In this document: positions 26,890 through 34,677 of the stretch, piece after piece | Position numbering within the stretch: the stretch's first letter is position 1 | How the letters are laid out: every line of letters begins with the position of its first letter | NCBI GenBank assembly: GCA_017744415.1 | Contig: JAGIBJ010000139.1 | Location: 15,023-79,022 of the forward strand | Origin: Solirubrobacteraceae bacterium | GTDB taxonomy: Bacteria; Actinomycetota; Thermoleophilia; Solirubrobacterales; Solirubrobacteraceae | DNA length: 64,000 nt | Reading direction: 5' to 3' | Notes under the pieces: model-generated | What the model was told of the DNA's origin: nothing | The model's database searches: none | Seen by the model: the letters and a program-made list of their open reading frames with translations, nothing else | Made by a program: the position numbers and the translations under genes

Positions 26890-27438
26890 GTGAACCTACC
26901 AGCCCTTCTTTCGGCCGCCGCCGATGGCGATCGCGCCGCTTGGAACGCCCTTGTGGAGCGCTTCACACCGCTTGTCTGGGCAACGGTACGCGGGCACCGG
27001 CTGGGCGACGCCGACGCCGCCGACGTGGTGCAGACCACCTGGCTTCGGCTCGTCGAGCACCTCGGCCGTATCCAGGAGCCGGAGCGGGTCGGCGCATGGC
27101 TCGCAACCACCGCTCGGCGCGAATCACTGCGCGTGCTTGCAGCCGGCGGACGCGTCTCACCGACCGACCAGCTCGACGAGATCCACGACGCCACGCGCGG
27201 GCCGGAGGAACTCGCGGTGCAGAAAGACCGCGACGCGCTGCTGCACCGAGCGCTCGGCCGGCTCGGCGACCGCTGCCGCACCCTGCTGCGTCTCCTCGCC
27301 ACCGAGCCGCCGCCGGCGTACGAGGAGATCTCGGCCATCCTCGAGATGCCGATCGGCTCGATCGGGCCGACGCGTGGGCGCTGCCTCGAGCAGTTGCGCG
27401 CCGAACTCGCACAACTTGGTATCAGGGGCGCGGCGTAG
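26890..27438 (+). CDS. ECF-type sigma-70 family RNA polymerase sigma factor
   Basis: Region 2 (AADVVQTTWLRLVEHL...AWLATTARRESL) and region 4 (CRTLLRLLATEPPPAYEEISAILEMPIGSIGPTRGRCLEQLR). It is divergent from S8, with 51 bp between the start codons. Confidence 0.9.
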   Translation: MNLPALLSAAADGDRAAWNALVERFTPLVWATVRGHRLGDADAADVVQTTWLRLVEHLGRIQEPERVGAWLATTARRESLRVLAAGGRVSPTDQLDEIHDATRGPEELAVQKDRDALLHRALGRLGDRCRTLLRLLATEPPPAYEEISAILEMPIGSIGPTRGRCLEQLRAELAQLGIRGAA

Positions 27439-27454
27439 CGCTCTGTGTGGGTAC
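27418..27454 (+). promoter_or_regulatory. Bipartite promoter-like motif, copy P2 (GGTATCA-N16-CTCTGTGTGGGTAC)
   Basis: The -35-like half lies inside the 3' end of the sigma gene. The -10-like half starts 3 nt after its stop codon. The ATG at 27457 follows 2 nt after the motif, which would give a leaderless or near-leaderless mRNA. Confidence 0.55.
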
Positions 27455-27456
27455 TG

Positions 27457-27927
27457 ATGACGAACGACCAGCACAATCCAGCGCCAGACGATCCGCTCAC
27501 GGACGAGCTGCGCGACTTCTTCGCGCGCACGGATCCCGTTCCGCCGCAAGTCGTCGACGCTGCCCGCGCCGCGATCGAGTTCCGTGACCTCGACGCTCAA
27601 CTCGCTGAGCTCCTCGCTGATTCCGCGTTGGAAGACAAGGAACTCGCTGGGGTTCGCGGGATCGGCCAGCGCATGCTGAGCTTCGGCGCCGGGGAGCGGT
27701 TCCTCGAGGTCGATGTCGCCGAGGACGGCGCGCGTCGCGAACTGACGGGCTACGTCGTCCCCGCGGGCGCGGGGCGGCTCCGTGCGCAAAGCGCCGACGG
27801 TGAGATCGAGGCGGAGATCGACGCGCACGGCCGCTTCCGGCTAGCCCGTGCCCCACGCGGCCCGATGCGCCTGTGGATCGCGATCACCGGCATGCCCGAG
27901 ATCGTGACGCCTTGGGTGACCGTCTGA
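27457..27927 (+). CDS. Hypothetical cytoplasmic protein (156 aa); candidate anti-sigma or CHAT-substrate adaptor
   Basis: High GC3, with no TM segment and no zf-HC2 motif. The C-terminal part looks like a small beta-sandwich (EIEAEIDAHGRFRLARAPRGPMRLWI). It sits between the ECF sigma and TPR-CHAT genes. Confidence 0.65.
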   Translation: MTNDQHNPAPDDPLTDELRDFFARTDPVPPQVVDAARAAIEFRDLDAQLAELLADSALEDKELAGVRGIGQRMLSFGAGERFLEVDVAEDGARRELTGYVVPAGAGRLRAQSADGEIEAEIDAHGRFRLARAPRGPMRLWIAITGMPEIVTPWVTV

Positions 27928-30788
27928 ATCCACCGGCCGACGGCCGCACCGACCACCGCTCCCGAGCCGAGGAGGCGTGGCAACTCGTTGCAACCGAGGT
28001 GCGCACGGCACGCGCGCTGGCCCTGGAGGTGATCGACGCCTCCGACGACACCGCCGCCCGCTCGGTCGCGTTGCGAACGCTGGGGCTTTGCGCCATCGAG
28101 CTGGGAGCGGCGGACGAGTCTCTCGAGTGGATGAGCCGGGGGCTGGCAGCGGCACGTCAGACGCGCGATTCGGAACTGCTCGCCCAGGCCGAGATGGGCG
28201 TCGCCGTCGCCCACCAGTACCTCGGCCGGCGGGGTGAGGCACTCCGCCTCGCGGCACGCGCGGAGCAGCGCGCGCCCAGCGATCCCCGAATCGCGCTCTC
28301 GCGAGGCTTGATCCTCGAGCGCTTCGGAGATCCCGATGCGGCGAACGAGGCCTTCGGGCGCGCTATCGCCCTCGCCGCTGAGCAAGGCAACCAGCAGGCG
28401 CTGCTGAAGGCGTACTCGAACCGCGCGATCGTGCGGGCGTATCAAGCCGACCTCGACGGCGCGGACTCCGACCTGAACGCCGCCGAGGTCGTCGCCACCA
28501 CGCACGGGTACGGGCACGCTCAGATGATGATCGCGGCCAACCAGGCGTTCGTCGCGGCTCGCCGGGGAGAGGTCGTGATCGCGCTCGGTCGCTACGACGA
28601 GCTGAGCGACGAGGTCGGCACGCTCGGCGGATTCAGGCAAGGCAGTCACGAGCTCGATCGATGTGAGGTGCTGCTTGCGGCTGGCCTCGCAGGCGACGCC
28701 GTCGCGACCGGACAGGCTGCGGTCGAGGCGTTTGCATCCGCTGGCGCAGTTCTGGAGGTCGCCGAGGCGCGGACCCTCGTCGCCCAGGCCGCGCTCGTGG
28801 ACCAAGACCTCGAGGTCGCGGAGGCCGAGGCTACGCGCGCACGCCGAGAGTTCCAACGTCATAGCCCCGACAACCCGTGGCGGTCGCTGGCGGAGGACGT
28901 GGCCGTTCGGACGGCGTGGGCGAGCGGCCGTCGCACGCCCGCGCTCGCGAGTCGGGCGGCCACGGTCGCTACCGCCCTCGACAAGGCCGGCTGGTCGACT
29001 TCCGCCGCCAGCGCGCGCGTTCTCGCTGCCCGCATCGAGCTACAGCTCGGGCGGCGCGAGCGTGCCGCGGAGCAGCTGCGGTTGGTGCGGGATACGCCGC
29101 GGTCGCCGGTGGGACTGCGCATTCAGGCTCGGGCGGCGACGGCGCTGCTGCGACGGGAGGCGGGCGATCGGCGTGGAGCGCGGGCGGCGCTGCGGTCGGC
29201 GTGGGAGCTGCTCGAACGCCACCGGGCCACGCTGGGCGCGACGGAGCTGCGGGCCGGCGCGACCGCGCACGTGGCGGAGATCGTCAGCATCGCGATGGAG
29301 ATGGCGATCGAGGACCGCCGGCCGCGTGAGGTGCTGCGATGGGCCGAGCGCGGGCGGGTGGGTGCGCTCACGCCGCGCGCGACGGCGCCGCCGGAGGACT
29401 CCGAGCTGGCGCGGCTGCTCGGCGAGCTGCGCGTGGTGGCCGCCGAGGCCGACGCCGCGGCCAAGCGCGGCGACGACAGCCGCGCGCTGCTGCGCCGCCA
29501 GGCCCAGATCGAAGAACGCGTGCGCGGTCGCGCCCGGCTGCTCCCGCCGGAGGCGGGCGGCGGCGCGGCGCCCGAGATCGACCCCGCCGACATCCTCGCC
29601 GCCGTGGGCCATCGCGCCCTGCTCGAATATGTGGTCAGCGGCGACGACCTCTGGGTGGTCGTCGGCACGCGCGGCCGCTTCACCCTGCGACGCGCCTGCA
29701 CCGTCGCCCAGATCGCCGACGAGGCCGACGGCCTGCGCGTCGCGCTGCGCCGCCTCGCCTTCGGCTCGCCGGTGCCCCAGCTCCGAGCCGCCGCCCGGCA
29801 GGGCGCCGACTACGCGCGCGGTCGTCTGCGCCAGCTCCTCTTCGACCCCGTCGCCGACCTCGTCGGCGAGCGCCGCCGGATCATCGTCCCGATGGGCGCG
29901 CTGCACGCCGTCCCTTGGTCGGCGCTCCACGAGCCCGACGAGCACTACGTGGTCGCCCCGTCGGCCGCGCTCTGGGCCCGCGCCGCCGCCACACCACCGC
30001 GCCGCGGCTCAGCGCTGCTCGTCGCCGGCCCACGCCTCGCCGAAGCGGGCGCCGAGGTCAGCGCCATCGCCACCGTCCTCGCCACCACGTCGCTCGTTGC
30101 TGGCCAGGGTGACGGCAGCCCGACCGCCGACGCCGCGCACGCACCCACCGTCCTCACCGGCGACGACGCCACCGTCGACGCCGTGCGCGATGCGATGGGC
30201 GGCGCAGCGCTCGCCCACCTCGCCTGCCACGGCCGCTTCCGCGCCGACAACCCGCTCTTCTCCTCGCTCGAGCTCCACGACGGCGCGCTCAGCGTGTTCG
30301 AGCTCGAACGCCTCGGCCGCGCGCCCGCCCGGATCATTCTGTCCGCCTGCGACGCCGGCCTCTCCGCCGTGCACCCCGGCGACGAGCTCCTCGGCCTCGC
30401 CGCGGCCCTCCTGCGCCTCGGCACCACCGGCATCGTCGCCAGCGTCCTCCCAGTCCCCGACGCCGCCACCCGCCGGCTCATGGAGGCCCTCCACCTGCAC
30501 CTCGCCGCCGGCGACACCGGTCTGGCCGACGCCCTAGCCGCCGCCCGCGCCGGCCTCGACCCCGAGCGCGACGACGACCTCGTCGCGAGCTGGGCGTTCC
30601 AGGTGCTCGGCGCTGAGTTAAGTGACGAACGGCACCTAACGCGTGGTATCAACCGACGCTCGCGTCGCTCTGTGTGGGTACCGGTCGGATGGGGACATCG
30701 TCCGCCGGCACCGGTGCCGGAACGGCGTGGCTTGCAGGATGCGGGGGTTTCCTCGCCACGTCGTTCCCACCCGGCCGGTGCCACCTGA
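27912..30788 (+). CDS. TPR-repeat plus CHAT (caspase-like) domain protease
   Basis: The N-terminal ~500 aa are TPR-like helical repeats. The C-terminal CHAT domain has His in LACHGRF (His codon 30228-30230) and Cys in LSACDAG (30348-30350). The start is uncertain (TTG 27912 or GTG 27873). The last 56 codons (30618-30785) have non-coding-like codon usage. Confidence 0.85.
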   Translation: MGDRLNPPADGRTDHRSRAEEAWQLVATEVRTARALALEVIDASDDTAARSVALRTLGLCAIELGAADESLEWMSRGLAAARQTRDSELLAQAEMGVAVAHQYLGRRGEALRLAARAEQRAPSDPRIALSRGLILERFGDPDAANEAFGRAIALAAEQGNQQALLKAYSNRAIVRAYQADLDGADSDLNAAEVVATTHGYGHAQMMIAANQAFVAARRGEVVIALGRYDELSDEVGTLGGFRQGSHELDRCEVLLAAGLAGDAVATGQAAVEAFASAGAVLEVAEARTLVAQAALVDQDLEVAEAEATRARREFQRHSPDNPWRSLAEDVAVRTAWASGRRTPALASRAATVATALDKAGWSTSAASARVLAARIELQLGRRERAAEQLRLVRDTPRSPVGLRIQARAATALLRREAGDRRGARAALRSAWELLERHRATLGATELRAGATAHVAEIVSIAMEMAIEDRRPREVLRWAERGRVGALTPRATAPPEDSELARLLGELRVVAAEADAAAKRGDDSRALLRRQAQIEERVRGRARLLPPEAGGGAAPEIDPADILAAVGHRALLEYVVSGDDLWVVVGTRGRFTLRRACTVAQIADEADGLRVALRRLAFGSPVPQLRAAARQGADYARGRLRQLLFDPVADLVGERRRIIVPMGALHAVPWSALHEPDEHYVVAPSAALWARAAATPPRRGSALLVAGPRLAEAGAEVSAIATVLATTSLVAGQGDGSPTADAAHAPTVLTGDDATVDAVRDAMGGAALAHLACHGRFRADNPLFSSLELHDGALSVFELERLGRAPARIILSACDAGLSAVHPGDELLGLAAALLRLGTTGIVASVLPVPDAATRRLMEALHLHLAAGDTGLADALAAARAGLDPERDDDLVASWAFQVLGAELSDERHLTRGINRRSRRSVWVPVGWGHRPPAPVPERRGLQDAGVSSPRRSHPAGAT
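30645..30681 (+). promoter_or_regulatory. Bipartite promoter-like motif, copy P3 (GGTATCA-N16-CTCTGTGTGGGTAC)
   Basis: It is identical to P2 in both conserved halves. It lies in the AT-richer 3' tail of the CHAT ORF, and no convincing CDS follows on the + strand. Confidence 0.5.
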
Positions 30789-30914
30789 CGGGCTCTCGCT
30801 TGCATCTCTCGCCCGCGTGAATCCGACCCGTGCGGGTGCACTTGGACGGCTCCGCCCGAACGAGATCTGCGGCGTGATAGCCGCCTCAGGGGGTGCCGGC
30901 AGTGAGGGGTTGGC

Positions 30915-32369
30915 TCAGGCCGGAGCCGAGCCGCAGGCCGGCCATGCCGGGCGGATGAACGCGTCGGGCCGGGGCAGCTGGCCCTCCTGCCAGATGGTGC
31001 CGAAGGCGACGTGGGGCAGGTCGAGGGCGTGCTCGACGACGACGAAGCGCTGCTCCCACTGGGGCGAGAACTTCTCGTTGTGGGAGCGGAGGTCGTCGAT
31101 CTGAGTCCAGCGGGTGGCGAGTCGGGCCAGGAGGTTGGCGACGTGGGGCCAGAATCCGACCACCTCCTCGTGGAGGTAGCGGCGGGCCGCGGCGAAGTTG
31201 AGCGAGATCGCCTCGACGCCGCGCGCCCGAGCGGTCTGCAGGGTATGGACGATGAGGGCGTCGATCACGCCGTTCGGCGACTCGGGATCGCGGAGCTGGA
31301 GCGCGAGCGACCACATCGAGCGCTGCGAGAGCGGCATGAAGGCCATGGCGCCCGCGATGTGGCCGGACGCGGCGTGGCGGGCGATCATCAGCACGGCATC
31401 GTCCAGTGCGGGCGCCTCGATCGACTCGGGCGCCATCGCGAAGCTCTGCTCCTCGTCGCCGCCGCGGGAGCGCCGCTGCAGCGCTCGCAGGCCCTCGCGC
31501 TCGGCGGCGCTGAGCTCGGCGCGGGTGCGAGCCTCGAGCACGTAGCCAGCGTTCTGCACGCGCCGATGGGCCTGGCGCACCTTCTTGATGCGGCCGCCGT
31601 CGAGCGAGAATCCGGCCGTCGGCACGATTGCCTCGCAGCCCATGTAGATCGGCCGCATCCCGAACTCGTCGCGCAGCCCGTCGGCCAGCGCCCGGCTTGC
31701 CGTGCTCACTCCGAACCGCAGGCCCGCACCGTGCGCGAGCTCTCGGGCGAGCTGCAGCACGGCGCGCTGGCCGGCGGCAGCGCCGACGGGATCTCCGGCC
31801 ACGAGCAGCGTGCGGTTCTCCACGCGGAAGGCGAGCACGGCGTCGCCCTCGGGGGAGAAGAGGTGGCCGACATCGGTGCGCAGCTTGAACGGCGCCATCG
31901 AGTCGCAGCCGTGCTCGCGGACGAGCGCCTCGGTGCGGTCGAGCGCGGCGGGCGTCGGGAGCATGTGCCGGCGCAGCATCTCGCGGTAGGGCTCGGCGAC
32001 GAGGCGGCGGCGCATCGCGATCAGCGAGCCGAACCCTGCGATCGGCGCGGCGACGACGGACGGCGAACGATCGTGCACCACCTCGAGGACGGCGATCACG
32101 CCGAGCAGGCCAAGCGCCAGCATCCACGCCCCACGGCGCTTGCGCAGCACGCCGAAGGCGAGGACGGACAGCAGCGCAGCGAGCGCCAAGGCCCACCAAC
32201 CGCCGGCGATCATCGGGTGAAGGCGCGAATCGGCGACGGCCTCGCCGACGTCCTGAACGTGATCCGACGGCGCCTCGGACAGGGCGCCCAAGGCATTCGC
32301 GAACGCGAACGCACCCGCGGCAGCGACGGCGACGCGCGTGTGCCGGTTCGAGCGCGGCAGCGGCTTCAT
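30915..32369 (-). CDS. MprF-like phosphatidylglycerol lysyltransferase C-terminal domain (DUF2156) protein with N-terminal TM segments
   Basis: DUF2156-like sequence (CDSMAPFKLRTDVGHLFSPEGDAVLAFRVENRTLLVAGDPVG...ISLNFAA). Confidence 0.75.
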   Translation of the reverse strand: MKPLPRSNRHTRVAVAAAGAFAFANALGALSEAPSDHVQDVGEAVADSRLHPMIAGGWWALALAALLSVLAFGVLRKRRGAWMLALGLLGVIAVLEVVHDRSPSVVAAPIAGFGSLIAMRRRLVAEPYREMLRRHMLPTPAALDRTEALVREHGCDSMAPFKLRTDVGHLFSPEGDAVLAFRVENRTLLVAGDPVGAAAGQRAVLQLARELAHGAGLRFGVSTASRALADGLRDEFGMRPIYMGCEAIVPTAGFSLDGGRIKKVRQAHRRVQNAGYVLEARTRAELSAAEREGLRALQRRSRGGDEEQSFAMAPESIEAPALDDAVLMIARHAASGHIAGAMAFMPLSQRSMWSLALQLRDPESPNGVIDALIVHTLQTARARGVEAISLNFAAARRYLHEEVVGFWPHVANLLARLATRWTQIDDLRSHNEKFSPQWEQRFVVVEHALDLPHVAFGTIWQEGQLPRPDAFIRPAWPACGSAPA

Positions 32370-32380
32370 GGGTCTCGACC

Positions 32381-33889
32381 TCAGCTAGAGGGTGATGGCT
32401 CGGGCGTCGTGGACGCCTCGGCCATCGTGGCAGGCTCGGCGCCCACCGGCGCCACCTCGTCGCCGGCGCCGCGCGAGGCGCCGTCGGTCGTGGGAGCCTC
32501 GTCTGCGGCATCACCCTGCGGCGACTCCGGCAGCGGCTCGTCGTCGCCCAGCCGGGCACGGACGATGGCGCCGATGCCGCCGATCCCGATCGCGAAGAGC
32601 AGCGGCACCATCCGCAGGCTCATCCGCGATTCGGACACGAAGATCGTGTTGAGCGCGGTGACCGCGAAGAGCGCGGCGAAGCCGAGCGCCACGTAGCGAC
32701 GGCGGCGCCCCGCGAGGAACAGCGCCGCGAGCATGCCGATCAGCGAGATGCCGAGGAGCACGTGGTGTTGGAGCACGCTCGACTCCTGCCGCCCGATCGC
32801 GCCGCCGCCCCAGGGCCGGCCCCAGATGCGGGTCGACTTGTCGAGGAGCATGTTCGCGAACTTCAGCGGCTGCCCGAGGGCGTAGTCCTGGATGTTGCGA
32901 TCGAGCTCGGCCTGGATCGCTTCGTCCTGGGTGAGGCCGGGGTGGCGGCGCTGCAGCAGCTCGAAGATGAGGCGCATGTCCATCTGGGTGGCCGTGACGC
33001 CGCACGCATCTTGGCGATCGGGGAAGGTGGCGCACACCTCTTTCATGAACTGCCGCTTGACGATGATCTGGCGCCCGCCGGCAGGCAGGTAGGTCGCGAC
33101 CCACAGCGAGCTCGGGCCAGCCGTGGTGATCGGCGTCAGCCTCTTCTGCTCGATGCTCGCGTACGTAACCCACGGGAGCACGGTGATCACGGCCCCGGCC
33201 ACGAGCAGCGCGCCGAGGCGGAACCCCTCGCGCAGGCTCTCGCGCCGCCACGTGAACAGGAACGCGAGCCCGGGCATCACGCCGAAGAGCAGCAGCAGAT
33301 CGTTGCGGGAGAGGACGGCGAGGCCGAGCAGCGCGCCGGCTCCGCCCGCGAGCTTCCACGAGCGCCCGGGCCGCGAGAGCGCCACGCAGAACGCGAACAC
33401 CGCGAGCACGAAGAACAGCCCGCCGAGCGGCTCGGAGAGGTAGCTGCGCGAGACGAGCACGAGAGGGTCGAAGATCGCGGTCATCAGCGCCGCGAGCAGG
33501 CCAGCCCAAGCGCCGCCGAGCCAGGCGGCGAACGCGAACACCGCCGGGATCGCGAGGATCGAGACGAGCGTCTGCGCGTAGACGGCGACGTTCTTCTGCC
33601 CCGGCAGGCGCTGGTCGATCGGGCCGCTGCCCGTGAGCTTCATCGCGGCGGCGAAGAGGAACGGCGTGCCCGGCGCCCAGTGGAGCGGATCCTTGCCGTA
33701 GGCGTAGGAGCGGTGCACGACCATGTTGTTGGCGATGCCCAGGTAGGAGCGCTCGTCGACCGATACGCGCGTGCCCGTGCCGAGCTTGTCGATGCGCAGC
33801 GCGGCGCCGAGCACGACGATGAGCAGCAGCAACGCGGCGACGACGGGGCGCCGGCGAACGGCGGCGATCGAGGACGACAGAGCAGTCAC
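32381..33889 (-). CDS. GT39/ArnT-like phospholipid-carrier-dependent glycosyltransferase
   Basis: It is a multi-TM protein (DERSYLGIANNM...HWAPGTPFLFAAAMKL). The start was trimmed to the GTG at 33889 to avoid overlap with the + strand SRPBCC gene. The C-terminal tail is acidic and Pro-rich. Confidence 0.7.
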   Translation of the reverse strand: MTALSSSIAAVRRRPVVAALLLLIVVLGAALRIDKLGTGTRVSVDERSYLGIANNMVVHRSYAYGKDPLHWAPGTPFLFAAAMKLTGSGPIDQRLPGQKNVAVYAQTLVSILAIPAVFAFAAWLGGAWAGLLAALMTAIFDPLVLVSRSYLSEPLGGLFFVLAVFAFCVALSRPGRSWKLAGGAGALLGLAVLSRNDLLLLFGVMPGLAFLFTWRRESLREGFRLGALLVAGAVITVLPWVTYASIEQKRLTPITTAGPSSLWVATYLPAGGRQIIVKRQFMKEVCATFPDRQDACGVTATQMDMRLIFELLQRRHPGLTQDEAIQAELDRNIQDYALGQPLKFANMLLDKSTRIWGRPWGGGAIGRQESSVLQHHVLLGISLIGMLAALFLAGRRRRYVALGFAALFAVTALNTIFVSESRMSLRMVPLLFAIGIGGIGAIVRARLGDDEPLPESPQGDAADEAPTTDGASRGAGDEVAPVGAEPATMAEASTTPEPSPSS

Positions 33890-34076
33890 GGAGGCGAGGT
33901 GCGTCGCGCGGCTCGAGGCCCGGGGGTCGACGCGACCGGCGGGATCGTACCGGGGGCACCCCGCGCGAGGTCGCGCTCGCGGGGCGTGGTGTGACTGGTG
34001 TCTCCGAGCGCCGCGCTGAACCGGCGTGTCGTCCGCACCGGTGACGGATCGGAGACTTGTGGGTACCATCACCGCC

Positions 34077-34601
34077 ATGAGCACCGCCGAGGCGTCCGCC
34101 ACCGCGATCACCACGACCTGGCCCGCTGGTTTCCCGGCCGACGCCAAGGGCATCAACGGGTTCGCCGTCCGTGAGGTCGACGCGCCCGCCGAGGCCGTCT
34201 ACCAGTGGCTGCTGCGACCCGACCTCCAGACGGAGTTCTACGGCGCGCTGCGCGGCGTGCGCGGGAAGGGCGACGCGTGGCCGGCGCTCTCGGCCGGCGC
34301 CACCATCTCGTTCTTCATCGGGCCGCTCTTCATCCCGCCGATGAAGGTGCTCCGGGCCGATCCGCAGCTGCTGAGCGTGGCGTGGGGCTCGAAGGCTCCC
34401 GGCTTCCAAGCCTGCCACTGCTTCACCGTGCAGGCGATCGACAGCAAGCGCTCGGTGCTGCGCTCCGACGAGACCTGGGTCGGTCCAGTCGCCCGTGCCA
34501 TCGGGCCGCTCACCAAGGGTGTCCTGCAGAAGGTGCAGACCGACTGGTGCACCGCCGTCGCTCGCGCGGCCACCACGCACCCCTCCGGCCCGCCGGCCTA
34601 G
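34077..34601 (+). CDS. SRPBCC (START/polyketide-cyclase-like) family protein
   Basis: The ATG at 34077 is preferred. The protein has an SRPBCC-like size and pattern (VDAPAEAVYQWLLRPDLQ...). Confidence 0.7.
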   Translation: MSTAEASATAITTTWPAGFPADAKGINGFAVREVDAPAEAVYQWLLRPDLQTEFYGALRGVRGKGDAWPALSAGATISFFIGPLFIPPMKVLRADPQLLSVAWGSKAPGFQACHCFTVQAIDSKRSVLRSDETWVGPVARAIGPLTKGVLQKVQTDWCTAVARAATTHPSGPPA

Positions 34602-34604
34602 CGC

Positions 34605-34674
34605 CTCCGGCGCTCGTGTATGACGCGTGGAGGGTACGCAACGCGCACTCCGCGCGTCATACACGAGCCCGGAG
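34605..34674. terminator. Long imperfect palindrome (~27-bp stem, 15-nt loop) filling the convergent intergenic region
   Basis: CTCCGGCGCTCGTGTATGACGCGTGGAG-loop-CTCCGCGCGTCATACACGAGCCCGGAG. The symmetry extends outward to the two stop codons (cCTAG ... CTAGg). Confidence 0.6.
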
Positions 34675-34677
34675 GGC

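Noticed and set aside
30689-30820. A 43-codon ORF (MGTSSAGTGAGTAWLAGCGGFLATSFPPGRCHLTGSRLHLSPA) downstream of P3, considered as a RiPP precursor for the rSAM enzyme.
   Set aside because: About a quarter of its codons end in A/T, which is poor coding bias for this genome. It has no obvious ribosome-binding site, and the rSAM lacks the auxiliary clusters typical of thioether-forming enzymes. It is kept only as a remote possibility inside the P3 finding.
16150-30893. The octamer TCAGGGGG recurs in hairpin loops or nearby, at about 16150, 24249 and 30886.
   Set aside because: A rough base-composition estimate gives about 2-3 occurrences per strand in 64 kb. Three occurrences is therefore unremarkable.
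30643-31104. Track ORF 30643-31104(+), 153 aa.
   Set aside because: It has low GC3. It is antisense to the well-supported MprF-like gene, and its first codons are simply the P3 motif.
34055-34066. A fourth partial match to the promoter-like motif (cTTGTGGGTAC) just upstream of the SRPBCC gene.
   Set aside because: Only the last 9 nt (TGTGGGTAC) match. The CGCTCTGT part differs, and no GTATCA lies 16 nt upstream. It is most likely chance.
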